From Candidatus Auribacterota bacterium (GTDB lineage: Bacteria; Auribacterota; UBA6266): DNA of 16,786 nucleotides. Made by a program: the position numbers and the translations under genes. Where the stretch lies: assembly GCA_023136205.1 (NCBI GenBank), contig JAGLRQ010000039.1, positions 1-16,786 on the forward strand, read 5' to 3'. The notes under the pieces were generated by a model, which had not been told where the DNA came from, did no database searches, and saw only the letters and a program-made list of their open reading frames with translations. Below, in pieces: positions 8,186-14,133 of this stretch. The number at the start of each line of letters is the position of its first letter. Position 1 is the first letter of the stretch.

Positions 8186-9775
8186 ATGAATCCCCGGTAT
8201 CTTGTAAATTTCAAGCTTTCTGAATTATCCAGGATAAAAACAGATGTTGTCGTGGTAGGTTCAGGTTCTGCCGGTTTGGTCGCGTCTTTAGAAGCGGCCA
8301 GGTATGGGAAAGTTATCATTGTTACCAAGTCCGGGGTTGAGGAAAGCAATACTTACCATGCGCAGGGAGGAATAGCTGTATCCCTTTCTAAGAATGATAC
8401 CTGGAAGAAGCATTTTGAAGACACCATCTTTGCGGGCGCGGGGTTATGCAATAAAACCGCGGTTAAAATCCTGGTGCGGGAGGGTGTGGAGAGAGTAAGG
8501 GAAATAATGGCTCTTGGAGCGAAATTTGATAAGGATAAAGAAGGTCTCCTGTTTGGGAGAGAAGGTGCTCACAGCGAAAACAGAATAATTCACGCGAATG
8601 GTGACAATACAGGTGAAGAAATAGAGAAAACACTGATTCGAGCCGTTAAGAAAAATCCTAACATAAGAATCCTTGAGAAACATTTTGTTATTGATTTATT
8701 GCATTATAAATCAAGATGTTATGGGGTTATTGTTTTTGATAATCGTTCAGGCAGACAATTTGCGGTTGTTGCTTCTTCAACAATTGTCGCGACAGGAGGC
8801 GCGGGGCAGATTTACAGGGAGACAACAAATCCTGAGATTGCTACTGCCGATGGAATGGCTTTCGCTTTCAGAGCGGGGGCTGCATTAATGGATATGGAGT
8901 TTATGCAGTTTCATCCGACAACATTATATCTTGCCGGAGCTCCTAGATTTCTGATTTCGGAGGCCGTGAGGGGTGAAGGAGGTATTCTGGTTGACAAGAG
9001 AAACAAGCATTTTATGAAGGGGTACCATTACCTTAAAGATTTGGCTCCGCGCGATATTGTAAGCAGGGCAATCGTAGAGCAGATGAAAAAAACCAGGTCT
9101 AACTGTGTTTATCTGGATCTTTCAAAAATGTCTGCCGCAAAGGTTTCAAGAAGGTTCCCGAGTATAAAAAAGATTTGTAAGGAGTATGGGATTAATATAC
9201 CAAAAGATAAAATACCTGTGAGGCCCAGCGCTCATTATATGATGGGTGGGATTAAAACTGATATCAACGGCTGTACAAATATTGACGGGCTTTTTGCGTG
9301 CGGGGAAGTATCATGCTCCGGTGTTCAGGGAGCAAACAGGCTGGCAAGCAATTCTTTACTTGAGTCACTTGTTTTTGGCGCGAGAGCTGGAAAAACTGCC
9401 GCTTTGCATTCAAATAAAAACAAAAAACCCGTTCCCGATATAAAATATTATAAGGAACGGAAGTTATTTAATGCTCTGGATGTGGATGATGTTAAAAGAT
9501 CTCTGCAGAGTGTTATGTGGATGTGTATAGGCCTTGAGAGGAATAAAGAAACCCTTGAAGAAGCTTTAAATATTATAAGTTTCTGGGAGAAGTATACCCT
9601 TTCAGCCTGTGTTAAATATGTAGATGGTTTTGAGCTTCAGGATATGCTTATGATAGCCAGGATTATGATCTCAGCGGCAATTAAGAGAAAAGAAAGCCGG
9701 GGAGCTCATTTTCGCACTGACTTTCCCAAACAAAGTGATAAATGGAAGAGGCATATTACTTTTAGGTTGAAATAA
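8186..9775 (+). CDS. nadB: L-aspartate oxidase
   Basis: FAD-binding motif DVVVVGSGSAGL, plus RPSAHYMMGGI and GLFACGEV...GANRLASNSLLE. Confidence 0.93.
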   Translation: MNPRYLVNFKLSELSRIKTDVVVVGSGSAGLVASLEAARYGKVIIVTKSGVEESNTYHAQGGIAVSLSKNDTWKKHFEDTIFAGAGLCNKTAVKILVREGVERVREIMALGAKFDKDKEGLLFGREGAHSENRIIHANGDNTGEEIEKTLIRAVKKNPNIRILEKHFVIDLLHYKSRCYGVIVFDNRSGRQFAVVASSTIVATGGAGQIYRETTNPEIATADGMAFAFRAGAALMDMEFMQFHPTTLYLAGAPRFLISEAVRGEGGILVDKRNKHFMKGYHYLKDLAPRDIVSRAIVEQMKKTRSNCVYLDLSKMSAAKVSRRFPSIKKICKEYGINIPKDKIPVRPSAHYMMGGIKTDINGCTNIDGLFACGEVSCSGVQGANRLASNSLLESLVFGARAGKTAALHSNKNKKPVPDIKYYKERKLFNALDVDDVKRSLQSVMWMCIGLERNKETLEEALNIISFWEKYTLSACVKYVDGFELQDMLMIARIMISAAIKRKESRGAHFRTDFPKQSDKWKRHITFRLK

Positions 9776-9798
9776 AATTCTATTTCCGTTCTCCGCGT

Positions 9799-10104
9799 CT
9801 AGTTAGATTTTTCCTTATTTAATTGCCAAAGCGAAGGATTGGTTTCTCTGCCAATATTATTAACTGTTGGTTCTGCGGAAGACAATTCAGTAATCTCCAA
9901 TTCTATTTCATTGCGTTTTAATACCCGGCCAAAATTAGCGTTGAATGACTTAGATGGCGGAGTGTTAGTGTTGTTGAAATATCCCCCCTGGTATTTTTGA
10001 AGCACCTCAGTTGTTGATACTTTGGTCAATCCTTCATTCCTAAAATCACCCAAAATTGTTTTGACTTTTTCAAGATTTACCAATATTATCTCGCTCATAG
10101 GCAC
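9799..10104 (-). CDS. hypothetical 101-aa protein (no recognisable domain)
   Basis: Open frame with a GTG start at 10104 preceded by GGGAGG (5 nt spacer). An in-frame ATG at 10098 is an alternative start. Convergent with nadB, with only 23 nt between the two stops. No motif I can name. Confidence 0.5.
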   Translation of the reverse strand: MPMSEIILVNLEKVKTILGDFRNEGLTKVSTTEVLQKYQGGYFNNTNTPPSKSFNANFGRVLKRNEIELEITELSSAEPTVNNIGRETNPSLWQLNKEKSN

Positions 10105-10260
10105 TTTTTCCTCCCGGTAACTCCACGGTTAATTAGGAACACTTCCACTTTTTTAAATCATACTATAATTATAATATTTCTCCTAATTTTTTATCTATTT
10201 TTTTTGTCCAATTTATTACAGTATCTAATATCTCGTGAATTGTAGGGGGTTAGAGCATGT

Positions 10261-11409
10261 TTATGGGGTGGAATCAAGAGGGATGAAAGGACGGCCGTCA
10301 CCAATTGTTTTTCTATTTACATAAAACATTTTTCCTAATTCAGTGTTGGTGAAATCAGTTATGTTTTTCCCATTAGCTTTCAGATATGCTTTAATCAGAA
10401 GAACGAACTTGGTGCTTTGGCCTTGGGCAGAAAGGAATGATGGTTCAAAAAACCCGCGTTTAAGAGAAAAAGTTTCACCTGAAATATCAATCAATTTTAT
10501 CTTTGCCGCCCGGGCATATTTAAATTGGACATCTATAAGTCCGTATCTACTTTTAAGCTTTCTTAAAGACTTTATCACTTGTCTGCGCAAAGCTGAAGCA
10601 TCCCAGTCTTGAGGGAAGTTTAATTGGCCCGCGAGCTTTTCAAGAGAAATATAGAATTCTTTTGATTTTCGGCGTTGGGACTCTGCTATGAGTAATAGAT
10701 AAAGATCCATCGCCCGGTTATCTCGTTTACTGAGCATTCCGGGAAAATAACGTTTGTTGTTCATCAGCGCCCCTGGCAGTTCAATCAGTTCAGGAAGCGG
10801 ATATATTTTCTTCAGGCTAATCTGCGCGGGCCCCCTTAAATCTTCTCCCTGAAGATGAATGGTTTTCATCCGCCGAAGGCGCTCTTTTGCCAGTACCGGG
10901 GAATCTATGAGAACTGATGATTCAAGGTTGCGAGTTAAAGCGCTTACGCTCCAGTTGGTACTGCCGATAACGACATAGCGGTTGTCAACTATAATCATCT
11001 TGTCATGAAGCATATATCGTGGATTAGCCAGGCAGATTCGACCGCCTTTTTGGCGCAATGTATCAAATATCTCTCCTTTGCCAACTTCGGTGAGATAACG
11101 GCTGCTCTTGTCTATTTTTGTGTTAAGGTATATATCAACACTCACGCCTCTTTCTAAGGCCTCTTCCAGGTCTTTCATCAAACGGTTGATGGTATGCCTG
11201 GCATCTGTGCCCGGTTTCATTATGAACATTGAGATTGTAATGGAGTCCCGGGCGTTATCTAAAAGATGTATAACAGCTTTTTCATAGGCTTGGTCGGATA
11301 TGTCCTTTATCCTCGCGGGATAGAGGCCTTCATCAGCCGCCTTCAGCGGAGCTGAAATAAGGCATAGCAGAAATAGGAAAAGAATGGTAAAGATTGTTTT
11401 TTTGCTCAT
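10261..11409 (-). CDS. exported single-HKD phospholipase D / Nuc-like nuclease-family protein with a C-terminal helix-rich (wHTH-like) extension
   Basis: N-terminus MSKKTIFTILFLFLLCLISAPLKA|ADEG looks like a signal peptide. One HxK(x4)D(x6)GSxN motif, HDKMIIVDNRYVVIGSTNW, at residues 135-153. About 200 extra C-terminal residues (RAMDLYLLLIAESQ...SLRKLKSRYGLIDV). Confidence 0.8.
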   Translation of the reverse strand: MSKKTIFTILFLFLLCLISAPLKAADEGLYPARIKDISDQAYEKAVIHLLDNARDSITISMFIMKPGTDARHTINRLMKDLEEALERGVSVDIYLNTKIDKSSRYLTEVGKGEIFDTLRQKGGRICLANPRYMLHDKMIIVDNRYVVIGSTNWSVSALTRNLESSVLIDSPVLAKERLRRMKTIHLQGEDLRGPAQISLKKIYPLPELIELPGALMNNKRYFPGMLSKRDNRAMDLYLLLIAESQRRKSKEFYISLEKLAGQLNFPQDWDASALRRQVIKSLRKLKSRYGLIDVQFKYARAAKIKLIDISGETFSLKRGFFEPSFLSAQGQSTKFVLLIKAYLKANGKNITDFTNTELGKMFYVNRKTIGDGRPFIPLDSTP

Positions 11410-11453
11410 AGTTAGACGCGGATGTACACTGATTTAAAATACAGATTCACACG

Positions 11454-11517
11454 GATAAAGAAAGAGTGGATACCATTAAAATCATCTTGATTTAACAGCA
11501 AAACCACTCTTTTTATC
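11454..11517. other. imperfect inverted repeat (16/14 nt arms, 34-nt loop): possible degenerate terminal attC or a terminator
   Basis: GATAAAGAAAGAGTGG (11454-11469) faces CCACTCTTTTTATC (11504-11517). A core-like GTTATAT lies at 11534-11540 and GTTAGAC at 11411-11417, but the two cores are direct rather than inverted. Confidence 0.3.
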
Positions 11518-11550
11518 ATTTTTTCATACCTTTGTTATATGCTTTTTCTG

Positions 11551-11820
11551 TCATTCGTAATGTGTCCACATTCGAATTACTTTCACAGCTCTACTTTTCT
11601 TGAGAACCTGATAGACCAACCTATGGTGAATATTAATACGTCGAGAGTATGCTCTTGTTATATCTCCGACTAATTTTTCAAAAGATGGAGGTTGTTGAAA
11701 AGGGTCTTTTTCAAGAATTTCCAGAAGTTTTTCCGCTTTTGAACGTAATCCCGACGCCGCAATCTTTTTAGCATCTTTTTGGGCTTGGTTTGTATAAACT
11801 AATTGCCATTTCTTCACCAC
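11551..11820 (-). CDS. yoeB: YoeB/Txe-family mRNA interferase toxin
   Basis: 89 aa ending ...YSRRINIHHRLVYQV...VIRMWTHYE, typical of YoeB. The GTG start overlaps the yefM stop (GTGGTGA). Confidence 0.9.
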   Translation of the reverse strand: MVKKWQLVYTNQAQKDAKKIAASGLRSKAEKLLEILEKDPFQQPPSFEKLVGDITRAYSRRINIHHRLVYQVLKKSRAVKVIRMWTHYE

Positions 11821-12056
11821 TTCAAATCCTTACTGCATTTTTTCACAGGAGTTTTAAGCCCTTCACGTATGGATTTCCTCATTCCGGGGATAGATAGAAG
11901 ATAAAGAGTTTCTTTCACTGCTGCCCAGTCATCTGCCGAAACGAGAATAGCATTTGTCCTCTTTCCGGTAATTTGGATTGGTTCATGAGAAGAAGCAGTT
12001 TCATCCAATAGTTTGTATAGTTGTGTTCTTGCTTCAGTTGCCGTTAATGTTTTCAT
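11814..12056 (-). CDS. yefM: Phd/YefM-family antitoxin
   Basis: MKTLTATEARTQLYKLLDE...PIQITGKR..AILVS..DW..VKETLYLL. I prefer the ATG at 12056 (GAGGTG 6 nt upstream) over the track's GTG at 12065. Confidence 0.9.
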   Translation of the reverse strand: MKTLTATEARTQLYKLLDETASSHEPIQITGKRTNAILVSADDWAAVKETLYLLSIPGMRKSIREGLKTPVKKCSKDLKW

Positions 12057-12074
12057 AATAATCACCTCAAATAT

Positions 12075-12103
12075 ACTGTACGCTATTACGTACGGATTGT
12101 CAA
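12075..12103 (-). promoter_or_regulatory. yefM-yoeB promoter with paired GTAC operator cores
   Basis: Minus strand reads TTGACA (12103-12098), a 17-nt spacer, then TACAGT (12080-12075). GTAC cores at 12078-12081 and 12090-12093 are 12 bp centre to centre and overlap the spacer and the -10. Confidence 0.55.
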
Positions 12104-12132
12104 GGATTAAATTTCCCCATTATCTCTTCATA

Positions 12133-12236
12133 TAATAACGATAAAAATCAGTGGTGTTGCGCACACGTGGAAATCAAAAAAACTTGTTTTTTTGCGCCGA
12201 CGCTTATACAACATCCACTGGATTGTTTGGTTATAA
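12133..12236 (-). repeat. integron attC site, family A (104 bp)
   Basis: Plus strand reads TAATAAC...GTTATAA. Arms are AACgataaaaatCAGTGG-TGTTG and CAACA-t-CCACTGgattgtttgGTT. The spacer next to the cores is mismatched and T12214 is unpaired. About 85-90% identical by eye to the copies at 15198 and 15891. Confidence 0.85.
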
Positions 12237-12245
12237 GTTTGCCTA

Positions 12246-12476
12246 CTATTTTGCGATGGCTTCTCCTAACCGTTCCGCAACCCAAACTTTGATAATAGAC
12301 TGACGAGGAACCCCGAGGCGTTTGGCTTCTTTATCAAGCGAATGAACCATCCAAATAGGAAAATCGACATTTATTCTCTTTTGTTCCTGCTCCGGCCTTC
12401 TGGCTTTTGAGAGATCTAAATACTTCTTAATGTTTTTCCCTTCATTAAATTTTTTATCAAATTCTTTAGCTTTCAT
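12246..12476 (-). CDS. brnA: BrnA-type ribbon-helix-helix antitoxin
   Basis: 76 aa. The C-terminal half (INVDFPIWMVHSLDKEAKRLGVPRQSIIKVWVAERL) is RHH/BrnA-like. Overlaps brnT by 11 nt. Confidence 0.85.
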   Translation of the reverse strand: MKAKEFDKKFNEGKNIKKYLDLSKARRPEQEQKRINVDFPIWMVHSLDKEAKRLGVPRQSIIKVWVAERLGEAIAK

Positions 12477-12726
12477 ACATTTCCACCTCCTCTGGCCTAG
12501 AACGACGCACAGAGATAATTCTTAATTTTTCGTTACGATAAACAATAATTCCCGACCAACATTTTTCCTCAATCTTGCCAACAACCAAAAATCTTGGTTC
12601 ATCTACCGTCTTGGCAGGAATTTCAATTAAATCAGGATCATCCCATAATTTTTGGGCTTCAACAAAGCAAATCCCATGCTTTTTTTTATTGCGTTCACTT
12701 TTGTTTTTATCAAACTCAAAGTTCAT
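12466..12726 (-). CDS. brnT: BrnT-family (DUF497) ribonuclease toxin
   Basis: F-x-D-x-x-K-x-x-x-N-x-x-KHG-x-x-F-x-EA...RIISVRR, the typical BrnT pattern. The toxin-first gene order is typical of brnTA. Confidence 0.88.
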   Translation of the reverse strand: MNFEFDKNKSERNKKKHGICFVEAQKLWDDPDLIEIPAKTVDEPRFLVVGKIEEKCWSGIIVYRNEKLRIISVRRSRPEEVEMYES

Positions 12727-12735
12727 GATATAAAT

Positions 12736-12763
12736 AGTATACCATGTAGGTATAAATATGCAA
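12736..12763 (-). promoter_or_regulatory. candidate brnTA promoter with an overlapping inverted repeat
   Basis: Minus strand reads TTGCAT (12763-12758), a 16-nt spacer, then TATACT (12741-12736). Inverted repeat TATACC-n5-GGTATA at 12738-12754. Only about 9 nt separate the -10 from the ATG, and there is no Shine-Dalgarno. Confidence 0.4.
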
Positions 12764-12786
12764 CCTTTAAATAATGTGTATTTTAC

Positions 12787-12978
12787 TTATAACGTTAAAA
12801 ATCAGTGGTGTTGTGCATACGCAGAAATCAAAAATTTCTAATTTTTGCGCAAGCGCCTATTCAACAGCTTGCCCGCCCCGAGGAATTCGTAGAATTCCCG
12901 GGACTAAAGTCCTTGGAATCTTTCAGATTCCTGAGGGCCTATGCTTTGTGGCGGGTCCACTGAAGCGGGTTGTTAGAA
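12787..12978 (-). repeat. integron attC site, family A, interrupted by an 89-bp insertion (192 bp total)
   Basis: The left arm TTATAACgttaaaaatCAGTGGTGTTG is intact. The right arm is split: ...TATTCAACA | 89 bp | TCCACTGaagcgggttGTTAGAA. Confidence 0.8.
12867..12955. other. 89-bp self-complementary structured insertion inside an attC (unknown element or ncRNA)
   Basis: Closing stem CCCGCC (12872-12877) / GGCGGG (12950-12955). It encloses three hairpins: GGAATTC-gta-GAATTCC (12882-12898), GGAC-taaa-GTCC (12901-12912) and GGAATC-tttca-GATTCC (12915-12931). The other three family-A copies lack this segment. Confidence 0.7.
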
Positions 12979-12999
12979 ATTATTTCTTTTGCAATTTCT

Positions 13000-13656
13000 T
13001 TAACATGTTTGTTCTTCTTGTGTTGTTTTATCTGCTAACTTGAAACCCGCCATGCAGAAAACCACAAAACCCAGATATATTAGACCAAAGCTCATTGCAC
13101 TACCCCATAAAAGATATTTAAAGGAATAAAAATCCTTCAAAATATGCAGAGCAAAATATGGGAAAAATAACAACTTGATAACTACTGTGCTAAAGGCTAA
13201 TAACATCACCGGTATACTGTTTTGAAGGTTTTTAAATAAATAATTTAAACCAGCTTGAATAGTGGGCAGTCCTTTTCCGGTTAGATAAATAAGCGGGAAA
13301 ATATAAATAGATAAAACTACAATAATAGCCTGTAAGGAGAAATTAACTATCATATTCGGAATAAGATTGAAGAGACGTCCAAGGAAAAGAGGTAAAAACA
13401 AGATAAAACATACCACGATATAGTTTATCCAATTACGATTAAATATGTTTTTTGCAAGATCTTTCGGTGCCCCAGTTATTTGCTCAATAAAACGCCCATA
13501 TATAACTATTGAGATTGGAAATGTTACAATCAATTTCAACAATAAAAACAGAATACCTCCATCTTTTAGATTAATCGCTGAAATTATTGCTAACAGGAAT
13601 ACATAGAATGTTTTCTGATTTACAAGTTGAATTGATAACGAAAAATATTTTTTCAT
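13000..13656 (-). CDS. hypothetical integral membrane protein (about 6 TM segments)
   Basis: 218 aa, strongly hydrophobic and periodic. The ATG lies 11 nt downstream of the attC core at 13667-13673, and the stop is 22 nt before the next attC. Confidence 0.7.
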   Translation of the reverse strand: MKKYFSLSIQLVNQKTFYVFLLAIISAINLKDGGILFLLLKLIVTFPISIVIYGRFIEQITGAPKDLAKNIFNRNWINYIVVCFILFLPLFLGRLFNLIPNMIVNFSLQAIIVVLSIYIFPLIYLTGKGLPTIQAGLNYLFKNLQNSIPVMLLAFSTVVIKLLFFPYFALHILKDFYSFKYLLWGSAMSFGLIYLGFVVFCMAGFKLADKTTQEEQTC

Positions 13657-13666
13657 TTTCTACACT

Positions 13667-13753
13667 TTCTAACGCAAAAATCAGCGACGAGCCGTTAGGG
13701 TAGTATACGCGCGCCAGCGCGGATACCGCGTTCACGGCATTGCCTGGTTAGGA
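13667..13753 (-). repeat. integron attC site, atypical (87 bp; family-C-like stop-proximal arm, family-A-like distal arm)
   Basis: Plus strand reads TTCTAAC...GTTAGGA. Central stem GTATACGCGC-gcca-GCGCGGATAC shares the GCCAGCGCG core with the site at 16284. The left arm AACGcaAAAAATCAGcGacG resembles family A. The arms pair asymmetrically, leaving an unpaired bulge of about 13 nt. Confidence 0.65.
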
Positions 13754-14125
13754 GTTCTTATTGATTGCGTCATCGCTACCTGGACGTATAGTTTGACATT
13801 TCCAACATTTGGTAAATTGGTCTTCGATATCCTCTCCGCAACTTGGGCAAGTCCATAAATCCGCTTGCGATTTTTCCTGCGGGGAATCTGATCCTTTTGA
13901 TGACATTTCCATAACTATAGCCTTGGCTCTGCTCACATTAGACTCGGCAACAGCGATCTTAACAGCACCAACACCGCCAGGAGAGGCTATGTGCGGAGCC
14001 CATCTTCCCAAGCTCTCATCTTTCAAATATGATTTGATCCCATTAGTTTCGAGTACATTTTTAATTAAGTCAACCTCAGTGATATTCCCAGTCGTAATAG
14101 TTACAATTTTTTGATCTTGATCCAT
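13748..14125 (-). CDS. DUF2007-like (putative signal-transducing, PII-like) domain protein with a C-terminal CxxC...CxxC zinc ribbon
   Basis: The N-terminal ITEVDLIKNVLETNGIKSYLKDE...VKIAVAESNVSRAKAIV pattern resembles DUF2007. The C-terminus reads WTCPSCGEDIEDQFTKCWKCQ. I prefer the second ATG (14125), 7 nt after the AGGAG contributed by the attC core GTTAGGAG. The TAA stop lies inside the core TCCTAAC. Confidence 0.72.
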   Translation of the reverse strand: MDQDQKIVTITTGNITEVDLIKNVLETNGIKSYLKDESLGRWAPHIASPGGVGAVKIAVAESNVSRAKAIVMEMSSKGSDSPQEKSQADLWTCPSCGEDIEDQFTKCWKCQTIRPGSDDAINKNS

Positions 14126-14133
14126 TATCATAC

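Noticed and set aside
10105-10260. Possible attC between the PLD gene and the 101-aa ORF (core-like CTCTAAC near 10249-10255 and GTTACC near 10114-10119 on the minus strand)
   Set aside because: Only the outer 10 nt or so show weak complementarity. The AT-rich interior does not pair. This region more likely holds a promoter for the small ORF (minus-strand TATAAT at 10173-10168).
10343-10612. Plus-strand ORFs antisense to cassette genes (10343-10612, 13809-14114, 14588-14800, 15698-15928)
   Set aside because: Each is fully contained in a better supported minus-strand gene and is opposite to the cassette orientation set by the attC sites. No start context.
12867-12960. tRNA or tRNA-like gene (closing stem plus three hairpins; the plus strand even ends GGCGGG-T-CCA; a 7-nt loop CTTTCAG/CTGAAAG could give anticodon UUC or GAA)
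   Set aside because: On neither strand do the arms fit tRNA geometry. There is no D-arm stem. The putative T-arm has a 7-bp stem with a 3-nt loop, or a non-TTCRA loop. Extra nucleotides separate the T-arm from the acceptor stem, and the acceptor stem has only 6 Watson-Crick pairs. A tRNAscan-SE/ARAGORN run would settle it.
12774-13043. 89-aa plus-strand ORF
   Set aside because: It is composed almost entirely of attC 12787-12978 plus the 89-bp structured insert, and it runs antisense to the cassette direction. No ribosome-binding site. Spurious.
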